A DNA stretch of 64,000 nt from Mobula hypostoma (Eukaryota): positions 148,120,001 through 148,184,000 of the forward strand of contig NC_086097.1 of assembly GCF_963921235.1 (NCBI RefSeq), read 5' to 3'. Position 1 is the stretch's first letter, and the number at the start of each line of letters is the position of its first letter. A model generated the notes under the pieces. That model worked only from the letters and a program-made list of their open reading frames with translations, had not been told where the DNA came from and searched no databases. The position numbers were made by a program, and so were the translations under genes. Positions 25,630 to 38,248 of the stretch are shown here, piece after piece.

Positions 25630-25850
25630 AGAATGATAGATAAAGCACAGGAACCTGTCTTTCAGCCCAACTCATTCATGCTGACCAAGATGCCCTTCTA
25701 AGTTTATTGCATGTGCCAGAGTTTGCCTGCATCCCCTAAACCTTTCCTATCCATTAATCTGTGCAAATGTTATTTAAATGCTGTAGTTACACCTGCCTCT
25801 ACCACACCCTTTGGCAATCCATTCCACATATCCACCATCTTCTGTATGAG
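25630..25850 (-). mobile_element. CR1 3' tail fragment
   Basis: ttcagcccaactcattcatgctgaccaag..ctaccacacc..ccattccacata. Confidence 0.55.
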
Positions 25851-25949
25851 AAATAGACCCAACAATACACCATATGTCTTCAGCTCGGTTATCAACAAAT
25901 ATCATTTTCCTCTTTTGTATATCCTTTACTAGGTCCTTTGATGGGGGTC

Positions 25950-26390
25950 TATTATCAAAGACCATTGGCCCCCCCCCCCCCACCACCCAATCATCCAGGC
26001 CCTGCTCTCTTCTCTCTGCTGCCATCAGGAAGGAAGTACAGAAGCTTCAGGACCCACACCACCAGGTTGAGAAACAATCAGAGGGGATAATTTCACTCAC
26101 CCCAACACTGAACTATTCCCACTACCTGTGGACTCATTGTCAAGTACTGTTCATCACATGTTCTAGATATTTATTGCTTATTTATTATTATTATTTCTTC
26201 ATTTTGTGTTTGCAGTTTATTGTCTTTTGCACATTGCCTGTCTTGTTGTGTATGGTCTTTGATTGATTCTATTATGTTTCTATGTACTTACTGTGAATAC
26301 TCATAAGAAAATGAATCTCAGGGTTCTATATGGTGACATATATGTATGTACTTTGATAATAAATATATTTTGAATTTTGAACTTTGCTAG
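25950..26390 (+). mobile_element. Rex1/Babar 3' end
   Basis: LLPSGRKYRSFRTHTTRL remnant; tail ctcagggtt..ggtgacata..tgtactttgataataaa(tttgaa)n. Confidence 0.75.
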
Positions 26391-27749
26391 GACCTCTCAA
26401 CCTTGCTAGGTTCTCCCTCAAAAAAATAGTTTTATCCATTCCTGTAAGGATGCATGGCAAAGGCTAATTGCATTTATTAAGCTTACTAACATGTATTTCT
26501 TCCACTATATGTGTTCTATGATTTACCTAATTACTCTAGTTTACCTTTTTCCTAATGAACTCTGCAATGTGCTTTTCATTCCTAGGTAATTGATTGAGGT
26601 CAAGCATTACTTAGTTCCACCGCAGTGGGTTCTGGAGTGACTGACAAGGTCAAAGTGGGAGAGAAGAAAAAATGCAAAGCAATGAGGTTATGTTGAAGTT
26701 TTATTAAACAAGTGGCAAAATCACAAATGGTTGCTTCCAATTCTGGTCACCATCTTTCAGGAAGGATTTGAAGGCGAAGAGAAGGTGCCAAAATGATTTA
26801 ATAGAATTGTTCTCAGCATGAGCAATTTCAGCTATCAGGTTAGACAGACATCGCGGTTTTTTCTTGAAGCAAAGAATGTTGAAAGGAGACTTAATTGACA
26901 AATTCAAAATCAAGATGTGTTTGGATAAGAATTGGATCTGGTTGTGCATATCTTTTTGCATGAATCAGAAATATGAATAATTTTACCATGCATCACAGTG
27001 TCATACAGCATGGAAACACGGCCCTTTGGCCCATCGAGTCCATGTTGACCATCAAACTCTGACTTGCACTCATCTATATTGTTGTCCCATTTTGTTCCAG
27101 GTTTCCACACCTGCTTCATCTTTTGTTGTCACCGAATGCATGCTGATTAGTCATTTCATTGCCCCACACATGAGAATAACATGTTGTATCCTTCACCTGC
27201 AAGGTAATCTTTCCCTCAGTTCTTCAGCGGCTACTGTGGGGAGAGTTCTTCCCAGCATAATGGTGATGAGCCAGTTGTAAATCTATCAGGTGGTTCCTGT
27301 TGGGAACAATATAGGCCCTGTTTCAATGTTTGAATCTGTGTGTAAAGTGCCAAAGAAATGTTATTAAGGTACTTGCAGGGTAACTGATTGGTTTTACTGT
27401 TGCATACAGCACACATTTGGTGCATCAAAGGAGGATTAAATTCAATAAGCCAAAGTAGATTCTATTAATGGATTGTTCAAGTGCAATATTTAAAGTGGTG
27501 AGCAAAAGATACAAGGAAAATGTGATGAAAGATCTTTTCACAAAGGAAGGTACCAATATGGAACTCACTCTCTATAAGCATGGATCCAGAATTGATAGTC
27601 TTTTATTATAAAATTGATCAGGGAGCTGAGGGAAAATAATTTGCAGGGAAGTGGGTAAAGACCAAAGGAATGTGACTGCCGAGCTTGCTCTACTAGGAAA
27701 GGGGAAGGCCTTGATGGTCTTGATGTGTATAATGATTCTGTGTAACATG

Positions 27750-28030
27750 TACAAAATGCTGCAGGAACTCAACAGGTCAGTCAACATCTCTGGAGGGGAA
27801 TAAGCAGTCAGTATTTCAGACCATGACCCTTCATCAGGACAGGAAAGGAATGGCAAAGAAGACAGAATAAAAGAGGTGGGGGGGGGGAGGGAGGGGAAGG
27901 AGTACAAGCTGGAAGGTGATGAGTAAAGCCAGGTAGATGGGGGAGGTGGAATGAAGTGAGAATTTAGGAGGTGATTGGTGGAAAAGGCAGAGGGCTGAAG
28001 AAGAACAGAGGAGACTGGATCATGGGAGAA
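27750..28030 (-). mobile_element. PLE terminal repeat with a decayed hammerhead
   Basis: Minus strand GTCCTGATGAAGGGTCATGGTCTGAAATACTGACT (27806-27840); cleavage triplet lost. Confidence 0.75.
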
Positions 28031-28774
28031 GGAATTTCATAAAGAGGAAATCAAAACAAGGAAATAAAAATAAAAACAGTTAACGCTGACAACATTCAGC
28101 AGTCAGACAACATTTATGGAGAAGGTGAGATACAAGTCAAAGCTTTGGATTGAGAACCTCTAATTAGAGAACTTGATAGAAGGTCGTCACTACAAAATTT
28201 AATCATTGCTTTCCTTTGTTGAGGTAGGTTAAGATACAATTGACTCACTAATTTGGAACATTCTGAGACTCTTTTTCCTATCTTGTATGTTTATGCTAAG
28301 TGTTGTTTTCCCCCTTGTGGCTTAACAGCCTGTTGTTTGCAAATAGATCTTCCTCGCTGGGGACTTGCATAATGTCCCACTCCATTAATTAGTCAGATAC
28401 ACCAGCTGCCACCTCGCTGCCATTGTGACCAATCAACATCCTGGAAGCCCAGTATTACCTTTGTGACAGACTACAATAATGAAAATTTCACTGACTGTCT
28501 TTATAATAAACATATGAAAATTTAGTTGTGATTAATTAAATTAATTAATTTCTGTCAGATCTAGTTTCAGTCTTGGCTCAGGGGAAACACACTCAGTTCT
28601 GAGCCAAAAGTCATGTGTTGAAGTTCCAGTCACTTAAATTTTTAATTAGTTCTAAGGGAGTGCTGTATTGTCAGTACTTTTGACCTGAAAGTGAAGTATT
28701 CAAGCAATGCCCACCTGCATTACAGTGTACTCTTTTATTTCCTCTGTACTTCCTCAAGAATAACTTACTTCTAC

Positions 28775-29545
28775 TGCAGACACAACATGCTGGAAACGGG
28801 TGCAACAAAACTTCTACCGGAGGAGCTCAGTGGGTGGAGCTGCATCTGTTGGGGAAAAGGAATTGTCAGTGTTTTAGATGAAACTTTGCATCGGGATTGA
28901 GGTTGGAGGTAGCATGAGGAAGGATGTATGGGTGAAGTAGCGAGTGTGGATAAGAATACGGCTGAAGAGAAAGCATACAGTAGAAAAGATAGACGGGGAG
29001 TAGCGAGACAGGAACTCACAGAATCCCTGTTGAAGAGAGGAGGAAAACTTTTATAAAACCCATGTACATTGAAAAAACTTGGCAGTGGAGAAGTATAATA
29101 GAGACACAAAAGACTGCAGGTACTAAAATCTCGAGTAACCGTCAATCTGCTGGAGGAACTCAGAGGGAGAGGCAACATCTGTGGGGTGAAATGAATTGTC
29201 AATATCTTGGGTCAGAACCCTGCAATCAATTCTCAAAGGTCGGCTATCTTCTACCTCTACCCTCAGTCCTGATGCTTGATTTTGACCTGAAATGTTGACA
29301 ATTCCTTTCCCCCTTCTGATGCTACTTGACCCGCTGAATTCTTCCAGCAGATTGTTGTAATTAATTCTACTCTATTTCTGTGGGTTCTAAGGAGTCTGTT
29401 TGTCAGTTCTTGCCCCACCCCTCCCCCTCACCTCTTTGTACTGGATATCAGTCCAGATGAAGAGTCTCTTTCTGAAATATTGATTGCATATTCCACCCAC
29501 CCCCCCAGCAGATGCTGCTAGACCCCCTGAGATCCTCCAGGAGAT
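28775..29545. mobile_element. Cluster of decayed PLE terminal repeats, including a head-to-head pair at 29100-29358
   Basis: Several ctgctggaggaactcag / cctgatg..gacctgaaatgttgac motifs in both orientations. Confidence 0.65.
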
Positions 29546-29619
29546 CATTTCATTGTGCTGACTTTTCCAAAAGTTGGTTAGGAGGTGCAGGACAGGTACG
29601 TTGGTCTGTTGGTTGAGAT

Positions 29620-30040
29620 GTTGTTTGCCTGTTGTTTCCCTGGAGCGTAGAAGAATGAGGAGAGATTTGGCTGAGGGATAGAGAATTATGAAGAGTATAG
29701 ATAGGGTAAATGCACGAAGGGTCTTTCCACTGAGGTTCGATGAAACTAGAACTAGAAGTCATTGGTTTAGGTGAAAGGTGAAATATGTAAGGAGAAACTG
29801 AGGGGAGCTTTTTCACAGAGGGTGCAGGGAGCGTGGAATGAGCTGCCAGTAGAAGTGGTGGATACGGGTTTGATCGCAACATTTAAGAGAAGTTTGGATA
29901 TGAACATGGATGGGAGGGTTATGGAGGCTATGGACCAGATGTGGGTTGATGGGACTAGGCTGAATAACAGTTTGGCATGGACTAGGTGGGTCAATGGGCC
30001 TGTTTCTGTGCTGTGGGCCTCTGTGACTCTATGACTTCAT
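29620..30040 (+). mobile_element. CR1 3' fragment
   Basis: FSQRVQGAWNELP..FKRSLD; tail gggcctgtttctgtgctg..actctatgact. Confidence 0.85.
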
Positions 30041-30194
30041 GAAGTGTGCTCCTCCTGCTGTTATCACACAGCCTGTAGAGGCCTGTTGAATTTCACAGTG
30101 ATTGATCAGAACTGCTAGCGCAAATCTGAGAATGAGATTTTAAAGAACAAGTTAAATTTGTACTTGAGACTTCAGCACATCAGTATGTCGTCTT

Positions 30195-30395
30195 TATCCT
30201 CTGCAGAGGAATTGTCATGCAACACACAAAATGGAGGCCAAACAACATCAATGGAGGGGAACAAACAGTTGACATTTTGGGCCATGGACATACACAGGAC
30301 TAAAAAGGAAGAGGGAAGAAGCCAGAATAAGGCGGGGTGGGGGGGGGTAGGGAAGGAACACAAGCTAGGTAGGTGGGTGAGAGAGAGGGGAATCA
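30195..30395 (-). mobile_element. Decayed PLE terminal repeat
   Basis: ctgcagagga..caacacacaaaat..cagttgacattttgggcc..caggac. Confidence 0.6.
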
Positions 30396-30451
30396 TTAAT
30401 TCATTATCTCCCATGCCATCTTAAGTTTAACATCTGCAAAAAATAAATATT

Positions 30452-33400
30452 TTCAAAGTTCAAAGTAAATTTACTATCAAAGTACATATATGTCGCCATC
30501 AATGTTCCCTCCAATTTTTAGTAGCCAGTGTGCACAAAAATCTTACGTTATGCAATTTTTTTTCCTGTGACAAAAGTATGTGCACACTGAATGCACACAT
30601 GGCACAGTTTATGTAGGTTTACAAAATATTTGACGTAAAACTGCACAGAATAACAACAAAATAACATACATATTTAAGTCACTCAGTTATTTTTTTCTCT
30701 CTTCTGTCTTTGGCATTTACCCATTCTTTGTAAACTCTATCTAGACTAATAGAACTTCCATCCAATTGAAAGTTTTTGATTCTCATTAACATGTCCAAAT
30801 GACATCACCTAAATGGTTTCTCAGCTTGTTTCTGAGTTGATTCATTAGGCTAAAACCTCGCTCACAGTTCGCACTAGACACAAGAAACGTTCCGCCAATG
30901 TCCATCAACTGTGCAAGGTCGCAAAACTCTTCATTTTGAAGTACCAGTGCCACCATTTGAGCAAAGTTTGAAATCCGTTTGGATTTAATTTTTTCTTGCA
31001 CAGAAAATTTGAAATCATTAAACTGTCTAACTATTATAGTATTTTCAGCTAGAAAATCATGATATTTCAGACATAAGACATTAACTTATTCATCGCCAAG
31101 TGTGAAGTCACAATCTGCAATTGCGGAGAAATCAAAAGCTGACCATTCTTGTACCTCATCATCAGGAAACCTTTCTTCTAAATGAACACAAAGACTATTT
31201 ATAAAAGTCAACAGCGAACTTGTATCTACTGTGATGTTTTCTTCACATTTTTGGCTTAGCAAAACTTTAACTTTGTCAGTCCATGATACACTGTCTCCCA
31301 GATACTGCTTTCTTATCTTTTTAATTTTGCCTCGCGCAAAATGAAGTGAATCAATCGGTGTCAGACCACTCTTTTGCAGAATCTTGCACAGTGCAGCCAG
31401 TTCATCAAAGACATCACTTTAAACTTGTAAGGCTACTTTGTATGTGATGTTTATCAATTTCTTGTGACAGTATTTAGCCACAGGGTCATTTGACTGATCT
31501 TTTTCAATAAAAACTTAGTAAGCTATCTACAGGATTTGAAACAGATCTTTGTAAACTTTACTATATGAACACTGCCCACCAAAAATGGCTGCCACCGTGA
31601 TGCAGCTGTACAGACTGGAACAGGATAGGTGAGGTGACGTAAATCAGTGACGTATATTGTGGTATTTGAAAAACCGACTAACTAGTTAACAGAAACATTT
31701 TAGCTAAAAGATTATTTTCAATAAGTATAATTATTAATTACTACATTATTTTAGGTAACTAATCTTTTGTGCGCCCATTAATTTCCTTGTTGCGCTGGTT
31801 GAAAACGTGTGTGCGTGCACACACGCACAGCTTAGAGGGACCATATACAACCCTGAGATTCAGTTTTTTGTGGCCATACTCAGTAAATCCAAGAAACATA
31901 ATAGAATCAATGAAAGACCACACCCAGCTGGATAGACGAACAACCAAAGTGCAAAAGACAACAAACTACAAACACAAAAGAAAAAAAAAGTAATAATAAA
32001 TAAGCAATAAATATCGAGAACATGAGATGAAGAGCCCATAAAAGTGAGTCTCCAGTTTGCGTGAACAGTTCAGTGATAGAGAGAGTAAATTTGAGCCATG
32101 GTGAGTGAAGTTATCACCACTAGTTTAAGAGCCTGTTGCTTGAGGGGTAATAACTGTTCTTGATCCTTCTTCCTGATGGCAGCAGTGAGAAAAGAGCATA
32201 GTCTGGGTGGTGGGCATCCTTGATGATGGATGCTGCTTTCCTGCAACAGTGCTCAGTGTACATGTGCTCAGTAGTGGGGAGAGTTTCCCTGTGACGGACT
32301 GGGCTGTATCCACTATTTTTTGTAGGATTTTCTATTCAATGGTATTGGTGCTTCCATACCAGGCCGTGATGCAACCAGTCGATATGTTCTCCACAACGCA
32401 TCTATAGAATTTTGTCAAAGTTTCAGATGTCATGCCAAATCTTTGAACACTTCTCAAGAAGTAGAGGCACTACCATACTTTCTTCATAATTTCACTTACG
32501 TGTTGGACCCAGGACAGAATCTCTCAAATTATAACACCAAACAACTTAAAGCTGCTGACCTTCTCCACCTCTGATCCGCCAATGAGGGCTGGTTCATGGA
32601 CTTCCGATTTCCTCCTCCTGAAGCCAGTAATCAACTCCTTGGTCTTGTTGACATTGGGTGAGAGTTTGTTGTTGTGGCAACACTCAACCAAAATTTCAGT
32701 CTCCCTGCTATATACAGATTCAACGTAACTTTTGACTTGGCCAGTGACAGTGGTGTCGACAACAAACTTAGATATGGTATTGGAGCTGTGAGCCTTACAA
32801 TCATAATTATAGTACAAGGGGGCTTGTGGTGTACTTAGCTGATGGAGATTGTGAAGGAGACGTTGCTGCCAATCCCAACTGACTGGGGTCTGGAAGTCAG
32901 GAAATCGAGGAATCAATTGTATCAGGAGGTATTGAGGTGAAGGTCTTGAAGTTTAATGATTAGTTTTGAGGGGATGATGGTATTGAATGCTGAGCTATAA
33001 TCGATAAGGAGGTGTATGCATAATGAACACATCTTTGCTGTCCAGATTTTCCAGGGTTGAGTGAGAAGCCAATAAAATAGTATCTGCTGTTGTCCTGTTG
33101 TGCCATTAGGCAAACTGGAGTGGATCGAATTCACTTCTCAGGCAGGAGTGGTTACGTTTCATCAGCAACCTCTCAAAGTTCTTCATCACAGTGGACGTAA
33201 ATGCTACTGGATGATAGTCACTGAGTCAGGGTACCACGTACTTCTGAAGCACCAGTATAACTGAGGCCTGCTTAAAGCTGGTGGGTACCTCAGAGTGCTG
33301 AAGCAAGATGTTAAAGATATCAGTGAACACTCCATCCTATTGATCAGCGCAGGTCTTTAGTACTTAGCCAGGTACTCCATCTGGGCTAGCTTCTTTCTGA

Positions 33401-34095
33401 CAGTTCACCCTCCTGAAGGATACTCTTGGCATCAGACAGTGAAATCATTGGGGTCTGTGGAAGTTCATGAAGGTTCCTCCATGTTTTGTCGGTCAAAGCT
33501 TATCTGGAAGTGAGGCCTTGTTGTCACATACATTATGTTGCTTGGTTTCTTTGTAAGAGGTAATAACATTCAAGTTCTGCCGCAGCTGTCGAGCATCCTT
33601 CAGTAATTCAAGTTTAGTCTGGAATTGCCACTCCACCCATGATAAGGCTTTCTGGAGATCATACCTGGACCATTTGTATATTACTTGATTGCTAGGCCTG
33701 AATGCCACTGATCTGGCCCTCAGAAGATTGCGGATCTCATGGTTCATCCAGGGCTTCTGGTTGGTGAAGACGGTGTATGATTTTGTGGGGACACACTCAT
33801 CTATGACTATTTTTATAAAGTCCGTGATAACCATGGTGTGTTCATTCAGATCCTCTTTGAACACGGCTCGGTCCACTGACTCGAAGTAATACGGTAGCTG
33901 CTCCCCTTCAACCTGCAGCCACCTCTTTGTTGTCCTTATCTCTAGAGCCTTGATCTTTAGCCTTTGCCTTTATGTAGGTAGGTGAAGGACAGCCAAGTGA
34001 TCAGATTTCCTGAAGTGTGGTATTGGCATGGAACGGTCGGCACTCCTTATCATAGTATAAGAGTGGTCTGTGTGTTGGGACTCCCTGGTGAATAC
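30452..34095 (-). mobile_element. Long Rex1/Babar LINE relic (endonuclease C-terminus, RT, 3' UTR), split near its tail by a hAT element
   Basis: PHFRKSDHLAV (~34000); NQKPWMNHEIRNLLRAR; IDYSSAFNTIIPSKL; SKFVVDTT; (TTTGAA)n tail at 30452. Confidence 0.88.
30500..31840 (-). mobile_element. Internally deleted hAT transposon with ZNF862-like transposase C-terminal half
   Basis: CAATGTTCCCTCCAA / TTAGAGGGA termini; NDPVAKY..DELAALCKILQKS..HLEERFP..SSANCERGFSLMNQLRNKLRN (hAT dimerisation motif). Confidence 0.85.
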
Positions 34096-34639
34096 GATTT
34101 TGGAGCAAATGTATTGTTTTGTCATATAGAAAGCCAATCTGTGAAAAGATTTTTAAAGGAAAAAAAAATAAATTCCAATAGTGCCTTTCAAAACCCCAAG
34201 ATGTTCCAAAACACTATGCAGCTATTCAAATCTCTCTCTTTATGTCTTCTCTGAGTTCAATAATTCCCCAAGAATTGCTCTGAGTTTCATCAACCCTAAT
34301 CCAAATAAATGCCAACCAATCAGCTTCCCTTTTTGAGCTTGTATTAGACAATATTGCTGGAGGAACTCAATGGGTCAGGCATCATCTGTGGATGGAAATG
34401 GACAGTTGGCATGTTGGATTGAGATCATTCATCTCCTCTGCTATTGCTATTGTTCCTGTCCTCAGTGGTACTGTCCTCTTTCTCTGTACATTTGACAAAA
34501 TCTGCCCAGATCTTTACCTTGCAAAATACCTCCCAGTTTTCATCATTTCTACTACCAGTCTCCATCTATGGATTCTCTCTAAACTTCTCGTTACCTCAAT
34601 AAAGCAGCAAGCTTCAAAGACCCAATCCACCTCGGACAT

Positions 34640-35693
34640 TCTTTCTGATCCCCTCTTCCGATAAGTAGAATATACAGAAGTCTGAAAGCACATACCAGCA
34701 GGCTCAAAGACCGCTTCTACCCTGATGTTCCATGACTATTAAATGGATCCTTAGTATGAAAAGGTGGACTCTTGACCTCACAATCTACTTCAATATGATC
34801 TTGCACTTTATATTTTAACTGCACTGCAATTTTTCTGTAGCCATTACACTGTATTCTTAAGGTTCTTAGCTTGAAGCCTGTTTAACTGCTGAATTTCTCC
34901 AGCATTTTGTGAATGTTTCTCAAGTTTTTTAGCATCTGTAGAATCTCTTGTGCTTACACTTTACTCTTCATTATGGCCTCCTCTACATTGGTGAGGCCCG
35001 TCGTAATTGGGGAATGCTTTGTCAAGCACCTCCGCTCCATCCACCACAAGCAGAGCCTCCCGGTTTTAATTCTGATTTCCATTCCCATTCTGACATGTCA
35101 GTCCATGGCTTCCTCTTGTGCCATGATGAGGCCACTCTCAGGATGCATGAGCAGCACCTTATATTTTATTTGGGTAACCTCCAACCTGATGGCCTGAACA
35201 TCGATTTCTCCTTCTTACAAAACAAAATTCCGCACCCCCACTCCGTCCTCTTCCTCCATTCCCCACTCTGACCTTTTACCTCTTCTTACCTGTCTATTAC
35301 TTCATCCAGGGTCCCCTTCTCCTATGGTCCACTCTCCTCTCCTATGAGATTCCTTCTTCTCCAGCCTTTATCTTTTCTACCCAGCTGGCTTCACCAATCA
35401 CCTTCTAGCTAATATCCTTTCGCTCCCCCTATTTTTTATTCTAGCAGCTTCCTCTTTCCTTCTCAGTCCTGAAGAAGGGTCTTATTCTGAAACATCGACT
35501 GTTTACTCATTTCCATAGATGCTGCCTGACCTGCTGAGTTCCTTCAGCATTTTGTGCATGTTGTTTTGCTATTCTTTTACCTTGTTCTACCTCAATGCTC
35601 TGTGTAATGAATTGATCTGTACAAAGAGCATTTAGGACAAGCTTTTCGCTACATCTCAGTACATGTGACAACAATAAACCAATTCCAATTCCC
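34640..35693 (+). mobile_element. Rex1-type 3' end interrupted by a PLE
   Basis: YRSLKAHTSRLKDRFYP..RLLN; UTR resumes at about 35565 and ends gtacatgtgacaacaataaacc(aattcc)n. Confidence 0.7.
34870..35565 (+). mobile_element. PLE relic: partial terminal repeat, GIY-YIG remnant, then terminal repeat with a decayed hammerhead (35464-35501)
   Basis: GLLYIGEARR..HSHSDMSVHGFLLCHDEATLRMHEQHLIFYLGNLQPDGLNIDFS; CAGTC CTGAAGA A GGGTCTTATTCT GAAA CATC GACTG. Confidence 0.85.
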
Positions 35694-37282
35694 CTGAATT
35701 TGTTGTAACCATCCAAATCTGTATCTATCTTTCCTCAGTGATGGCTTTGACTTTGTCACAGTACCAAACTGAATTTCATTGAAAGCATGTGATAGTGAAA
35801 AGTGCAGACTTTTGATGCCTTTCTGAAACTTTTACACAGATAAACACCAATCCTCCTTTAATGCCTCTCCACTGCTTGTCAAGCTGTGTGGGTCTACATT
35901 TGTATGGTTCTTTTTCCATTGATAGGAACCAAATGGGAAGGGGAAAACAATGGGTGAGTTTCAGCATGTTTAGGCAAAATCCCTTGAAATGCACCTAGAT
36001 GATCACTTCAGAGAAAAATACTGTTTTTTAAAAAAAGATGCTGCATCAGCCAATGACTTGAGAGCAGGGAAGCCACATTACTCAGATTAAATAGAAGACA
36101 CAACCAATGTACAGTTCTCAGAAAACAGCGCCTATTCAAAATGAAAGGGACACAGAGAATACAGTAAATAAGGAAATTCATTGCTCCATAACATTGCAGT
36201 GAATTGAAGATAGTTATACAAAAATTACATGCTTAACAACCATCCCAGACTTTATAGAGGTGGGTTATTAAGCTTGATTGATAGGATCACACTCAATTAT
36301 CTTCACCCTGGCAGGCAACAGTGTTGTCAATATATACATCACATTTGTTTCAAACCTGAGTTCATATACCTAGAAATTTTGTATTGTGACACTGCTATTC
36401 AGACATTTAACACCTTCAGACCAAATAGCTCACTGTATTTAATAGAGGCTCCAGCCCATTCTACGTATGTATTGCAGCATTCCCTCAATCAAACATGTTC
36501 CAGGCAATAATGATTTCAGCTGCTTTAGAATGAAACATTGCTGTGAGATAAATAACACACAGGATGTTTCCAGTCAGTGTAGACTTGCAGTTTTAAATAA
36601 CATGTCCTTTATTTGAGTGAGGCTGTGAATTTTCCCCTTTTCATTCTATTCATTCACAGGATATGGGTGTCACTTGCAAATCAATCCTAACAAAATCAGC
36701 TTTTATGCTACGGAAATATAGTCAATTGTACATGTTCAATGCTCAATTTAAATAGTCGGATGGGGAATGGAGGCCTATGATAACATTTGCCTAAAAATTG
36801 ATTAGCTAAGACTATTTTATGAAGGTAAACATGAGAAATTGGCAGAACATGCACTAAACAGCAGACACTCAACCGGACTAGAATAACACGAGTGTGATAC
36901 TGATTTTTAGCATTGTCTCCTCAAGGGAGACACAGTATAATGTGTAAGTTTAGTATGGGGAATTTCCTTGCTTCTTGATGAATTGACAAATTTATATGGG
37001 TTGTTTGTCCTGCTTAGACAGCAAATTCCATTTTGTGGTAACATGTGTTGATCAAAATGGAAAGGAAAGAGTTCAAGACCTTGCATTTATGACTGCAACT
37101 TCCCAGGCTTATGAATTCCCTTAGTGCCTTTTGTCAATGAAATATTTTCTTAGAGTAAATTCAGTATAACAGGGAAAACAGGTGGCAATGTGTGTAGATA
37201 GTAGCTGTTTCTGCTGTAAATAGTGTTAACTGTGCTGAAGAATCCTCATTTCATTCTTAGCAGCCAGCAGTTGGAACTTCTG

Positions 37283-37609
37283 CATCAGTGTAGTGTAGTG
37301 GTTAGTGTGACACTTTAAGGCACAGCGACTGGGGTCAATTCCCACCAAAGTCTGTAAGGAGTCTGGGGACATTCTCCCTTTGACCTTGTGGGTTTTCTCT
37401 GGGTACCCCAGTTTCCTCCCACATTCCAAAGACGCATGGGTTAGGGCTAAGGTTAGTAAGTTGTGGGCATGATATCTTGGTGCCAGAAACATTGCAACAC
37501 TTGAGGGCTTCTCCCAGCACATAATCACACTGTGCTGGTTGTTGATGCAAATGACAGATTTCACTCTATGTTTCAACGTTTCGATGTACATGTGAGTAAT
37601 CTTAAATCT
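37283..37609 (+). mobile_element. V-SINE with Rex1-like tail
   Basis: tRNA-like head, V-domain gtttcctcccacattccaaagac, tail tttcactctatg..gtacatgtga. Confidence 0.75.
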
Positions 37610-37611
37610 TA

Positions 37612-38248
37612 CGGGGGTGATTGATAAGTTCATGGCCTAAGGTAGAAGGAGTCAATTTTAGTAAACCTATCACATTTATTTTTCAACATAGTCCCCTCCT
37701 ACATTTACACACTTAGTCCAGCGGTCGTGGAGCATACGGATCCCTTCTTTGTAGAAGTCGGCGTCTTGGACCTCCAGAAAGTGGTCCACAACAGGGGTGA
37801 TTGATAAGTTTGTGGCCTAAGGTAGAAGGAGATGAGTTATTAACTTCAAACTTTCTGAATTTTCACTCAAAGAGTTGAACTGCACGTGAATGTAACAAGA
37901 GCTGTATAACTCATCTCCTTCTACCCAAGGCCACGAACTTATCAATCACCCCTGCTGTGGACCACCTGGAGGTCCAAGACGCTGTCGTTGCATTCATGTG
38001 CAGTTCAACTCTTTGATTAATAATGCAGAAAGTTTGAAGTTAATAACTCATCTCCTTCTTCCTTAGGCCACAAACTTATCAATCACCCCTGCTGCGGACC
38101 ACTTCTACCAATAAGGGATCCGTATGCTCCACGACCGCTGGACTAAGTGTGTACATGTAGGAGGGGACTATGTTGAAAACTAAATGTGCTAGGTTTTCTA
38201 AAATTGACTCCTTCTACCTTAGGCCATGAACTTATCAATCACCCGTCG
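37612..38248. mobile_element. Palindromic mariner-derived MITE with TA TSD
   Basis: TA-CG(A)GGGGTGATTGATAAGTT..AACTTATCAATCACCCGTCG-TA; both arms encode the mariner C-terminus FYKEGIRMLHDRWTKCVNVGGDYVEK*. Confidence 0.9.
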
